From Acidimicrobiales bacterium (GTDB lineage: Bacteria; Actinomycetota; Acidimicrobiia; Acidimicrobiales; VFJN01), in assembly GCA_035697145.1 (NCBI GenBank), contig DASSDL010000166.1, positions 10,009 to 74,008 of the forward strand: 64,000 nucleotides of DNA, given 5' to 3'. The notes below the pieces were generated by a model. That model worked only from the letters and a program-made list of their open reading frames with translations. It did not search any database and was not told the origin of the DNA. A program made the translations under genes and the position numbers. Positions 33,307 to 42,023 of this stretch are shown here, one piece after another (the stretch's first letter is position 1; the number at the start of each line of letters is the position of its first letter).

Positions 33307-34353
33307 TCACAGGCCGTCGAGCTGGATCCAGGCGGGATCGTGATCGCTGCCGACGCCGGCCGAGCTGGCGTTCCAAGCCCGTCGCCGCTCGATCTCGGCG
33401 TGCGTCACCCGGCCGGCCAGGGCGGGGCTGAGCCATATCTGGTCGAAGAGCTCGAACGTGTCGGGGGCGTTGGCTACCGAGTGACGATGCGTCCAGCGCA
33501 CGGTGGTCGGTGAGTTCTCCGGCGTGGCCGGCGGCGGTGGCCGGCTCTCGATCACGCCGGCGAGCCCGTCGACCAGGTCGAGCCCGGACAGCATGGGGGC
33601 CAGCGTGCCGGCCTCGGGAGCGTCGTTGAGGTCCCCGAGGATGACGTAGCGGGCGTCGGGACGGGTGCGGCCGGTGACGACGCGGGCGATGGTCTCGGCC
33701 TGGCGGGTGCGCCGCTCGTCATTGGCCAGCGCCGTGGCGGCGGGGTCCGGGTCGTCGAACGGAATGAGCTTGGACTTGAGGTGGGTGACGAAGAGGGTCA
33801 GCAGCCTCCGCCGCCGGGTCCCGTTGAACACCTGGAGCTCCAACAGGTCCCGTCCGAACACCGGCATCGCCGGGTCGTCGGGGTGCACCTCGAAGCGGTG
33901 GGAGGTGACGTTGGCGATCGGCAGCCGGGAGAGGACCGCGACGTCGATGAACCGCGGGTCGTTCCCCTCGATCAGGACCTCGTAGGTGTACGGCTGGGCC
34001 AGGAGGTCGCGGTTGAACCGCCGCAGCGCGTCGAGGTTCTCGACCTCCTGGAGCGCCAGCACATCGGCGTCCACGGCGGCGATGCGGGCCGCCAGCGCCT
34101 GCTGGGCGGCCGCGGGCTTGCCCAGGATGAGCTCGCCCCGTACGCCCTTCTGGATCCGGACGATCGGTGTCGACGAGGTGGGCGCATCGAGCTGGGGTGG
34201 CGGGTCGTCGGGCCCGGTGCCCTGTCCGACGAAGACCCACTGGTACGTGGTGTGCACGTTGCGGTCCTCGGCGGGCAGCGTCCCGAGGTCGGCCTCGAAG
34301 TTGAACCGATCGAACAGGTTGTTGAGGTTGAACGTTCCCAGGCGCACATCCAT
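33307..34353 (-). CDS. endonuclease/exonuclease/phosphatase (EEP) family protein
   Basis: 348 aa with 'LGTFNLNNLFDRF', 'ADVLALQEVEN', 'LTLFVTHLKSK', 'GDLNDAPE' and C-terminal 'GSDHDPAWIQL'. Confidence 0.8.
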   Translation of the reverse strand: MDVRLGTFNLNNLFDRFNFEADLGTLPAEDRNVHTTYQWVFVGQGTGPDDPPPQLDAPTSSTPIVRIQKGVRGELILGKPAAAQQALAARIAAVDADVLALQEVENLDALRRFNRDLLAQPYTYEVLIEGNDPRFIDVAVLSRLPIANVTSHRFEVHPDDPAMPVFGRDLLELQVFNGTRRRRLLTLFVTHLKSKLIPFDDPDPAATALANDERRTRQAETIARVVTGRTRPDARYVILGDLNDAPEAGTLAPMLSGLDLVDGLAGVIESRPPPPATPENSPTTVRWTHRHSVANAPDTFELFDQIWLSPALAGRVTHAEIERRRAWNASSAGVGSDHDPAWIQLDGL

Positions 34354-34479
34354 GGGCGACGGCTGACGTCAGCGGCGGCGGAAGGCGCCGGACAGGTCGG
34401 GTCCCACCGGGCGGGAGCTTACGCGGCCGGGTGTCGCCAGATCGCCGGGCCGGCCCTCCGCGGCGTACCGTTGTCGGCT

Positions 34480-35394
34480 GTGCCGGACAAGCGCCAGACC
34501 TCAAAGCAGCGCCGGGCCGCCCGCAACCGGGCATCCCGTGACGCGCTCGCGGCCCGTCGGACCAACGCCGTGCCCAGCGGGACTCCCTCGGGCTCGTCAA
34601 GCGGCTCAGGCGCGGCCTCCCCGAGTGCAGGATCTGCTACGACCGCGGGCACCACCACGGGCCGGAGCAGCTTTGGCGGCCGCTGGGGCGCCAGCGGGAA
34701 CCGCCGGCCGGGCGATCTGGCGGTGATGGTTGCGCTGGGCCTCGCGATCGTGTCGGCCGTCTCGGTGCTGTTCCTCACCAAGGTTCCGGTGGACGACCGC
34801 GGCGAGCCGCTGCCGAGGGCCTTCCAGGGAGTGGCGGTGGCCGCCCGAGAAGCCATCACCGGCGAGCAGATGCCCGACAACGAAGAATCGTTGCTCGACG
34901 CCAGCGGACCGGGTGTGATCCTGTACTTGGCGCTGCCGGTGGCGGTGGCGGCCTTCGCGTTCTGGGCCAACCGCCGGCCCGACCGCAGCCGGCTCCTCAC
35001 GTTCGCCCTGGTGGCGATGGCCGGGCTCGTGCTGTTCCTCGGTGGATACTTCTTCTTCCCGACGCTCGTCGCGTTGGCGGTGGCCAGCTTCCAGATCCGC
35101 AGGGCCGACATGCCGGCACGCGTGGCCGAGGGGGTGGCACCGACTCGTGGCCGGCGTGGCGTCATCGACGCCGAGTCCGAGGAGCTCGACGACGAGCCGA
35201 TCGACGATGGCGTCGACGACATGAGCGACGAAGGCGCAGGTGAGGTCGACAGCCCCGGCGACGAGGGTGGCGACGAGGCAGCAAGCCACGAGGGCACCGA
35301 TCCGCTGACCGAGCTCGAGGCCGAGCTGGAGGCCGAGGAGCGGACCCGCCGGAGTGGCGGCAGCCAGTCCCGCGGGTCGACACCGGAGGAGTGA
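34480..35394 (+). CDS. hypothetical membrane protein (basic N-terminus, Ser/Gly/Thr-rich linker, about 4 TM helices, acidic tail)
   Basis: GTG 34480 lies inside ORF 33781..35394, and GC3 is high from that point. It has 'KRQTSKQRRAARNRASRDALAARR', hydrophobic helices, and the tail 'ESEELDDEPIDDGVDDMSDEGAGE...ELEAELEAEE'. Confidence 0.6.
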   Translation: MPDKRQTSKQRRAARNRASRDALAARRTNAVPSGTPSGSSSGSGAASPSAGSATTAGTTTGRSSFGGRWGASGNRRPGDLAVMVALGLAIVSAVSVLFLTKVPVDDRGEPLPRAFQGVAVAAREAITGEQMPDNEESLLDASGPGVILYLALPVAVAAFAFWANRRPDRSRLLTFALVAMAGLVLFLGGYFFFPTLVALAVASFQIRRADMPARVAEGVAPTRGRRGVIDAESEELDDEPIDDGVDDMSDEGAGEVDSPGDEGGDEAASHEGTDPLTELEAELEAEERTRRSGGSQSRGSTPEE

Positions 35395-35702
35395 GCTCCC
35401 CGGATTCGGGTCCGGGAGACGTAGTCCGCGTACGGGCGGTGGTCGCGGGTCGGGTCCAGGGCGTGTGGTTCCGCGAGAGCTGTCGGCGCGAGGCCGAGCG
35501 CCTCGGGGTCTCTGGCTGGGTGCACAACCTGCGCGACGGCCGCGTCGAGCTCGAGGCCCAGGGCGGCCGGGCAGCGGTCGATGCGCTGGTGGCGTGGGCC
35601 CACCAGGGTCCCCGGCTGGCGATCGTCGAGTCGGTCACCGTCGATGCGTTGCCGGTCGAGGGACCCGATTCGCCGGCGATGAGGCGTTTCGCGGTCCGCT
35701 GA
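35391..35702 (+). CDS. acyP: acylphosphatase
   Basis: 103 aa. 'VRAVVAGRVQGVWFRESCRREAERLGVSGWVHNLRDGRVELEAQG' is the acylphosphatase signature. The GTG start overlaps the upstream stop (GTGA). Confidence 0.85.
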   Translation: MSSPDSGPGDVVRVRAVVAGRVQGVWFRESCRREAERLGVSGWVHNLRDGRVELEAQGGRAAVDALVAWAHQGPRLAIVESVTVDALPVEGPDSPAMRRFAVR

Positions 35703-35729
35703 CGCGGCCGCCCGCCGAGCTGCCGGCGG

Positions 35730-36404
35730 CTACGGCGCCGCCGCCGTCCCGCTGAGCGCGGCCGACGCCAGCACCGCCGCCGACTCGAGCTGCTCGGCTG
35801 CCTGGGCTCCGTCCGCACCCGCGGTGATCCCGCTCGGTTGGGCAAGGGCGTAGATCCGGAAGTCGTAGTTGTGGGTGCCCGACGGCGGGCAGGGACCCGA
35901 CCATCCCTGCCGCCCGAAGTCGTTCAGCTCCTCGACCGCCCGGGGGGGCGGGCTGCCGCGAGCCAACCCACCGACGTCGGGCGGCAATCCGGCGATGACC
36001 CAGTGAACGAAGCCGTCGGCATCGGGATCGCGGACCACCAGGGCCAACTCGGCGGTGCTCGCCGGGACCCCGGTCCACGCCAGCGGCGGCGAGACATCGT
36101 CGCCGACGCACGTGTACTCGGGCGGGATCGGTTGCCCGTTCCCAAAGGCAGGGCTGCTCAGCCTCAGCGTGGTGACGGTCGTCGGTGATGCCGCGCCCTC
36201 AACGGAGCCGCCGTCCTGGCCGCTGCCGGTCCCGCCGCCCGTGCCCGCAGCGACGTCGGTCGTGGAGGGCGCGGCCGCCGTGGTCGAGGTCGTGGTTGCG
36301 GAGGTCGTGGTCTGGTCGGAGCTGGGTGCGCGCAGTTCCTGGCCGTCGTCGCCACACCCGGCGAGCACGAGGACCACGGCGCACGTCGCCAATACCCACC
36401 GCAT
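35730..36404 (-). CDS. YbhB/YbcL-family (PEBP / Raf-kinase-inhibitor-like) lipoprotein
   Basis: ATG 36404 lies inside ORF 35730..36773. The lipobox is 'VLVLAGCGDD', followed by a Thr/Ser linker. 'FGNGQPIPPEYTCVGDDVSPPLAW...DPDADGFVHW...CPPSGTHNYDFRIYAL' is PEBP-like. Confidence 0.8.
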   Translation of the reverse strand: MRWVLATCAVVLVLAGCGDDGQELRAPSSDQTTTSATTTSTTAAAPSTTDVAAGTGGGTGSGQDGGSVEGAASPTTVTTLRLSSPAFGNGQPIPPEYTCVGDDVSPPLAWTGVPASTAELALVVRDPDADGFVHWVIAGLPPDVGGLARGSPPPRAVEELNDFGRQGWSGPCPPSGTHNYDFRIYALAQPSGITAGADGAQAAEQLESAAVLASAALSGTAAAP

Positions 36405-36524
36405 CGGTCGAGTGTTGCAGATCGTCCGCACCCCCCGAGGTACACCGCGCGCCATCGATGGTGTTGCAGACTGTCGACGCTCCGATGGATAGCCCCTCGA
36501 CCGCCTCGTGAAACCACAGCACCG

Positions 36525-37757
36525 ATGCGATGGCTCTTGCCCCCTGTGGCGCGGTTGCGCGCACTCCTGGGACCGGACGCGGCCGGCGTCCGGCAGAGCC
36601 TCGTCGCGCTCGGGCTGAACTCGAGCACCAGCTTTGTGGCGGGGGCGTTCCTCGGGTCGATCACCGGAACTCTCGAGCGCTACCCCGGCCTGTTGGTGCT
36701 GGTGCCGGCCGCCATCGGCCTGCGCGGCAACATCTTCGGCTCCTTCGGCAATCGGCTGTCGACCTCGATCCATGCGGGCACGTTTCGCTGGTCGCTGCGA
36801 AGCGAGACCGTCTTGGGCCAGAACGTCTTGGCCTCGATGCTGCTCACGATGGCGATCTCGCTGGCGTTGGCAGTTGTGGCCAAGGCCATCGCAGTCGGGT
36901 TCGGGATCGACGATTCCATCGACCTGTTGTCGATGTCGACCGTGTCCATTGTCGGCGGGGTGCTCGGATCGATCGTGGTGCTAGCGGCGGCGCTGGGACT
37001 GACCGGCGGCGCGGTCCGCAACCGCTGGGATCTCGACAACGTCACGGCCCCCCTGGTCTCGACGCTCGGCGACGTGCTGACCTTGCCCGCGCTGTACCTG
37101 GGCACGCTGCTCCTGGGAATCTCGGTGGTCACCTCCACGGTGGGCGCTGTCCTGGTCCTGGCGTCCCTCGCCTTGCTCGCGGTCGGTTGGGAATCCTCGA
37201 GCGAGGGCTTGCGGCGCATCGTCCGGGAATCGGTGCCGGTGCTGGTGGTCGCCGGGTGCATCAGCGCCCTGGCCGGCGTCACACTCGAGAAGTCCTTCGC
37301 CCGCTTCGATGCGTTGCCGGCGCTGCTGGTGCTGGTCCCCGCGCACCTGTCGAGCTCCGGGGCGCTCGGCGGCATCCTGTCGGGCCGGCTGTCGTCGAAG
37401 CTGTTCCTGGGCTTGGTCGAGCCGCAGACCAGGCCCAACCGCGAGGCCCGGCGCGACGTCTCGCTGGTCTTCCTGCTGGCCGTGCCGGTGTTCGTCTTCA
37501 ACGGGCTCGGAGCGCACTGGGTCGCCCAGGCCCTGGGCGAGGCCAGCCCCGGACTGGGTCAGATGGTCGCCGTATCCCTCATCGCCGGGGGACTGGTCGT
37601 GCTGTTCGTGGTGACCGTCGCCTACTACGGCACGGTGGCCGCCTACCGCACCGGCGTCGATCCCGACACCTACGGCATCCCGGTGGTCAGCTCGTCGGTC
37701 GACTTCGTGGGGGCCTTCACGCTGATCATCGCCATCGCCCTGCTGGGGCTCGCCTGA
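36525..37757 (+). CDS. MgtE-like divalent-cation transporter, tandem membrane domains only (no cytosolic N/CBS domains)
   Basis: 410 aa and polytopic. There are two copies of the MgtE/SLC41 membrane-domain pattern: 'DLDNVTAPLVSTLGDVLTLPALYLG' and 'DPDTYGIPVVSSSVDFVGAFTLI'. Confidence 0.75.
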   Translation: MRWLLPPVARLRALLGPDAAGVRQSLVALGLNSSTSFVAGAFLGSITGTLERYPGLLVLVPAAIGLRGNIFGSFGNRLSTSIHAGTFRWSLRSETVLGQNVLASMLLTMAISLALAVVAKAIAVGFGIDDSIDLLSMSTVSIVGGVLGSIVVLAAALGLTGGAVRNRWDLDNVTAPLVSTLGDVLTLPALYLGTLLLGISVVTSTVGAVLVLASLALLAVGWESSSEGLRRIVRESVPVLVVAGCISALAGVTLEKSFARFDALPALLVLVPAHLSSSGALGGILSGRLSSKLFLGLVEPQTRPNREARRDVSLVFLLAVPVFVFNGLGAHWVAQALGEASPGLGQMVAVSLIAGGLVVLFVVTVAYYGTVAAYRTGVDPDTYGIPVVSSSVDFVGAFTLIIAIALLGLA

Positions 37758-37787
37758 TCCGCCTATCGTCTGAGGTCGATACTCGCA

Positions 37788-39020
37788 ATGGACGACAGAC
37801 CCCGAAATCTCCGGGCCATGCTCGCCGAGGTCAAGGACCTCTCCGAGCTCATGGTCGATCTTGCCTACGCCGCCCTCTACTTCGGCGATCCCGACATGGC
37901 CGAAGAGGTCGGCGCCCTCGAGGAGCGCATGGATGCGCTGGTGCACGACATGCGCTCCGTCTGCGTCATGGCCGCCCGCAACCCTCGCGAGGCCGATGCC
38001 ATGGCATCCGTGTTGCAGGTGATCTCCGCGATCGAGCGCATCGCCAACGCCGCCGTGGACATCGCCCGGATCGTCACCCACCGGCTCGGAATCCCTCGTG
38101 AGCTGGTAGCCGACCTGTCCAACGCCGAGGAGGTGTCGCACCGGGTGCGGGTGCGCGACGGCTCACACCTCGCCCGCCGACCCCTGGTCGACCTCGAGCT
38201 GCCGGTCCAGACGGGCATGCGCATCGTCGCCATCCGGCGTGATCGCGAGTGGATCACCGATGTGGAGGGCGAGGAGATCCTGCTCCCGGGCGACGTGCTG
38301 TTCCTGCGGGGGTCCCCGGCGGGGATCGCCCGCCTCCGCGAGCTGGCCGCCGCCCCGCTCTGGGAGCCGCCGACGCCCCCGGAGGACGGCACGCTGACCG
38401 ACCTCGACCGGGCCATAGACGTGCTCGTCGAGATGAAGAACGTGTCCGAGACCGCGGTGGGCCTGGCCTACTCGGCGCTGGTGCTCCGCGACCTGGGGCT
38501 GGCGGCCGAGGTGCGCCACCTGGAGGATCGCCTCGACGAGATGAAGGACCGCCTGGAGCTGTGGGTCCTGCGCGCCAGCTCGGGCGACATCGACCCATCA
38601 CCGCTGCGGGGGCTGCTGCACCTGTCCCAGGCCGCCGAGGACCTGGGCGATTCGGCGCAGCAGATGGTCTGGCTGATCGAGAAGCACGAGGAGGTCCACC
38701 CGATCATCAAGCTCGCGCTGGGGGAGAGCGACGAGGTCGTCGTGCGGGTCCCCGTGGGCCCCGGGTCGCCGGCCGACGGCGCCACCCTCCACGACCTCCA
38801 GCTCGACGTGGATCCCGGGTTCCACGTGCTCGCCGTGCGGCGCGGTGGCCGCTACATCTACTCCCCCCGGGGTCACGTCGAGCTGCACGCGGGTGACGAG
38901 CTCCTCGCCAGCGGGCCCGACGAGGGCCACCCCCTGCTCGCCGCCCGGCTGGGCTGGCGCCTCGAGGAGGACGAGGACACGGGCCAGGAGCGACTCGAGC
39001 CCCTGGCCGGCGTCGGCTAG
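37788..39020 (+). CDS. cytosolic 2x(PhoU-like + TrkA-C/RCK_C) domain protein
   Basis: 410 aa. PhoU-like helices are 'DLSELMVDLAYAALYFGD...ISAIERIANAAVDIARIV' and 'NVSETAVGLAYSALVLRD'. TrkA-C-like segments are 'GMRIVAIRRDREWITDVEGEEILLPGDVLFLRG' and 'FHVLAVRRGGRYIYSPRGHVELHAGDELLASG'. Confidence 0.75.
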   Translation: MDDRPRNLRAMLAEVKDLSELMVDLAYAALYFGDPDMAEEVGALEERMDALVHDMRSVCVMAARNPREADAMASVLQVISAIERIANAAVDIARIVTHRLGIPRELVADLSNAEEVSHRVRVRDGSHLARRPLVDLELPVQTGMRIVAIRRDREWITDVEGEEILLPGDVLFLRGSPAGIARLRELAAAPLWEPPTPPEDGTLTDLDRAIDVLVEMKNVSETAVGLAYSALVLRDLGLAAEVRHLEDRLDEMKDRLELWVLRASSGDIDPSPLRGLLHLSQAAEDLGDSAQQMVWLIEKHEEVHPIIKLALGESDEVVVRVPVGPGSPADGATLHDLQLDVDPGFHVLAVRRGGRYIYSPRGHVELHAGDELLASGPDEGHPLLAARLGWRLEEDEDTGQERLEPLAGVG

Positions 39021-39022
39021 GG

Positions 39023-40273
39023 CTACACGTAGCCGCGCAGGCGGGTGGCGTCGGCGACGCGCCGGATCCCGATGGCGAACGCGGCCTGGCGCAGGGTCAC
39101 GCCGTGTGCCTCGGCGAAGGCCAGCGTCTCGTGGGACGCCTTCGCCAGCCGCTCTGCCAGCTCGGCCAGGAAGTGGTCTTCCTTCCAGGTGAACTGCTGG
39201 ATGTTCTGCGTCCATTCGAAGTACGAGCCGGTGACACCGCCGGCGTTGGCCAGGATGTCCGGCACCACCAGCACGTCGCGGTCGCGCAGGATCTTGTCGG
39301 CGCCCGGGGTGGTCGGGTGGTTGGCGGCCTCGACGACGATGCGCGCCCGCACCCGGTCGGCGTTGTCCTCGGTGATGACCTCCTCGACTGCGGCGGGGAT
39401 CAGCACGTCGACGTCGAGCTCGAGCAGCTCCTCGTTGGTCAGGCGCTCGATGCCGTCGGTCCCGGCCCTGTCGACGACCGAACCACCTGCCCGCACCGTG
39501 GCGATGGCCTTCGCCACGTCCAGACCCGCGGGGTGGACGATGCCGCCCTTCACGTCCGACACCGCCACCACCTTGGCTCCCCGCTCGGCCAGCTCGTGGG
39601 CCGCCCAGCTGCCGACCTGGCCGAACCCCTGCACCGCCACCCGCAGGGTCGCCAGTTCGACGCCCCGGTGCGGGCAGCAGGCGTCGAGCACGTAGACGAC
39701 CCCTCGCCCGGTGGCGGAGTCCCGTCCCGGGGCCCCGCCGAAGTCGAGCGGCTTGCCGGTCACGATCGCCGGGCTGTAGCCGTGCACCGACGAGTAGGCG
39801 TCCATCATCCACGCCATCACCTGGGCGTTGGTGTTGAGGTCGGGGGCGGGTATGTCGCGGTAGACCCCCAGCACGTGGTGGATCGACTGGGTGAACCGCC
39901 GGGTCATGCGCTGCAGCTCGTCGGTGCTCATGCCGGTCGGATCGACCTCGATGCCGCCCTTCGCTCCGCCGAACGGCAGCTCCATGAGGGCGGTCTTCCA
40001 GGTCATGAGCGACGCGAGGGCGCGGACCTCGTCGAGGTCGCAGCTCGGGTGATAGCGCACGCCACCCTTGTAGGGACCCCGGGCGCCGTTGTGCTGCACC
40101 CGGTAGCCCTTCGCCACCATCAGCTCGCCGTCGTCGAGCCGCACCGGCACCTGCACCGCCACCTCGCGGTAGCTGGTGGTGAGGACGCCGTACAGGTCGT
40201 CGTCGAGGTCGATGACCCGAGCGGCTTCGGTGAAGTACTGGTTGACCGCGTCGGTCGCGGACTGCTCGGACAC
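39023..40273 (-). CDS. gdhA: Glu/Leu/Phe/Val dehydrogenase family, probable glutamate dehydrogenase
   Basis: GTG 40273 is preceded by GAGGAGG. It has 'GYRVQHNGARGPYKGGVRYHP', 'ELPFGGAKGGI' and the Rossmann motif 'VAVQGFGQVGSWAA'. 416 aa. Confidence 0.85.
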   Translation of the reverse strand: MSEQSATDAVNQYFTEAARVIDLDDDLYGVLTTSYREVAVQVPVRLDDGELMVAKGYRVQHNGARGPYKGGVRYHPSCDLDEVRALASLMTWKTALMELPFGGAKGGIEVDPTGMSTDELQRMTRRFTQSIHHVLGVYRDIPAPDLNTNAQVMAWMMDAYSSVHGYSPAIVTGKPLDFGGAPGRDSATGRGVVYVLDACCPHRGVELATLRVAVQGFGQVGSWAAHELAERGAKVVAVSDVKGGIVHPAGLDVAKAIATVRAGGSVVDRAGTDGIERLTNEELLELDVDVLIPAAVEEVITEDNADRVRARIVVEAANHPTTPGADKILRDRDVLVVPDILANAGGVTGSYFEWTQNIQQFTWKEDHFLAELAERLAKASHETLAFAEAHGVTLRQAAFAIGIRRVADATRLRGYV

Positions 40274-40314
40274 GGCGACCTCCTCGGGGCGCCGGAGTTG
40301 GGACGGGACGGGGC

Positions 40315-41376
40315 TCAGTCGGGCGGCGGCGAGACCGGCGGCTCCGATGACGCCGGACGAGCGGCGCGAGTGGCGGCGCTGGTCCCGGCGTCGGGCACCG
40401 GCGGCGGCGCGGCGCCACCGTCGCCCGTCCCGTTGCTGTTGTTGCCACCCAGCAGGTCGGCCACGGCGGTGAGCGACCCGGCGATGCCAGCAAGCTCGGT
40501 GGGCACCACGATCTTGGTGGCCCGGCCGTCGGCCATGGCGCGGAGGGCCTCGAGGTACTTGATGGTGAGCAGCGGGGTGTCGGGTGCGCCCTCGTGGATT
40601 GCGCCGTAGACCGACAGGATGGCCCCGGCCTCGCCCTCGGCGACGGTCTCCTGGCGGAACTTCTCGGCCTCCGCCACCCGCTGGATGGCCTCGGACTCGC
40701 CCTCGGCCCGCAGGATGCGCTGCTGCTTGTCGCCCTCGGCCCGCAGCACCGCGGACTGCCGGTCGCCCTCGGCACGGGTGATGGCGGCCTGCCGTTCGCC
40801 CTCGGCCGTCGTCACCACGGCCCGCCGGGTGCGCTCGGCCTTCATCTGCTCGTGCATCGCGTGCATGACGTCGGTCGGCGGCTCGATCCGTTGGATCTCG
40901 ACGCGGGCCACGCGCACGCCCCACTTGTCGGTGGCGTCGTCGAGGATCTCCCGCAGCTCGGTGTTGATCTTCTCGCGGGATGTCAGCGCCTCGTCGAGCT
41001 GCATGTCGCCGATCAGGTTGCGGAGGTTGGTCTGCGCCAGCTTGGTCACGGCCAGCATGAAGTTGGCGACGTTGTAGACGAGGCGCTGCGGCTCGGTCGG
41101 CTCGTAGTAGATGACGGCGTCCACCGAGACCACCACGTTGTCCTCGGTGATCACCTCTTGGGGCGGCACGTCGACGACCTGCTCGCGCATGTCCACCGGC
41201 CGCAGCGTCTGGTAGAAGGGCGCGATGAGGTGGAGGCCCGGGTCGACCGTCTCCTTGTACTTGCCGAGCTGCTCGACCAGGCCCTTCTGGAAGGGACGGA
41301 CGATCCGGACTCCAGCCGCCACGTAGACGATGACGATGACGGCGAAGACGATCAGCAGGACGGTCAATGCGGTCAC
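40315..41376 (-). CDS. SPFH/band-7 (stomatin-like) membrane protein
   Basis: It has an N-terminal TM helix, then 'GVRIVRPFQKGLVEQLGKYKETVDPGLHLIAPF' and 'WGVRVARVEIQRIEPP', a coiled-coil AEG-rich region, and a Pro/Ala-rich tail. Confidence 0.85.
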   Translation of the reverse strand: MTALTVLLIVFAVIVIVYVAAGVRIVRPFQKGLVEQLGKYKETVDPGLHLIAPFYQTLRPVDMREQVVDVPPQEVITEDNVVVSVDAVIYYEPTEPQRLVYNVANFMLAVTKLAQTNLRNLIGDMQLDEALTSREKINTELREILDDATDKWGVRVARVEIQRIEPPTDVMHAMHEQMKAERTRRAVVTTAEGERQAAITRAEGDRQSAVLRAEGDKQQRILRAEGESEAIQRVAEAEKFRQETVAEGEAGAILSVYGAIHEGAPDTPLLTIKYLEALRAMADGRATKIVVPTELAGIAGSLTAVADLLGGNNSNGTGDGGAAPPPVPDAGTSAATRAARPASSEPPVSPPPD

Positions 41377-41401
41377 GGCGACGCCTCCTTGGTCGTGAAC
41401 C

Positions 41402-41881
41402 TCATTGCTCGAGCTCCCCGGTGGGGGACGAAAGCTGGTCGACCGCCGCGACGATCACCCGAGTCCCCTGCACATCGGCGACCCGGACGGCGGTGCCGGT
41501 GGGGATCCCCGCTCCGTCGGTCGACTGGGCCCGCCACTCCTCCCGGTCGACGCGCACGAGCCCGACGTCGCCTGCGGGGATCTCACGGAGCACGACCCCC
41601 GACTGCCCGAGCAGTCGTCGTGAGCCCACGCCGGTGTCGTCGACGGACCGGTTGAGCCGATGCGCCACGGGGCGCAGCGCCGCGAAGACCGCCAGGGACA
41701 CGCCCACGAACGCCAGCCACTCGACGACGACGTTGACGTCGAGGAACGCCAGCACGGTGGCGACGAGGGCACCGATGGCGAAGGGCAGCATGAAGAACGA
41801 GCCGGGGGTCGTCAGCTCGCCGATGGCGAACACCGCCGTGGCGATGATCCAGACCCAGCGCCAGTCCTCGGGGCTGTCCAT
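41402..41881 (-). CDS. NfeD-family protein
   Basis: 159 aa with three N-terminal helices and the C-terminal OB-like 'GQSGVVLREIPAGDVGLVRVDREEWRAQS...GTAVRVADVQGTRVIV'. It sits immediately upstream of the SPFH gene, which is the classic nfeD-SPFH pair. Confidence 0.8.
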   Translation of the reverse strand: MDSPEDWRWVWIIATAVFAIGELTTPGSFFMLPFAIGALVATVLAFLDVNVVVEWLAFVGVSLAVFAALRPVAHRLNRSVDDTGVGSRRLLGQSGVVLREIPAGDVGLVRVDREEWRAQSTDGAGIPTGTAVRVADVQGTRVIVAAVDQLSSPTGELEQ

Positions 41882-42023
41882 TTCGTTTGCCTCGTGCGCT
41901 CCGCGTAGCCGGAACGGGGAACGGATGTCCCCTATACCAGGGAATCTATCCCGCCCCTGGACTCGAGGTGTGCTTCAGCGGGGTCGGTTTGGGCGCGGTC
42001 CAGCGACGCTAGCGTGACCGGCG

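Noticed and set aside
34362-34373. The 12-bp palindrome GCTGACGTCAGC (CRE-like) just upstream of the EEP gene start.
   Set aside because: By rough reasoning, several 12-bp palindromes are expected by chance in 64 kb. No second copy or supporting context was seen.
36405-36524. A Mg2+ riboswitch (M-box) upstream of the MgtE-like gene.
   Set aside because: The gap is only 120 nt, shorter than an M-box, and shows none of the extended helices I would expect. It contains only short repeats.
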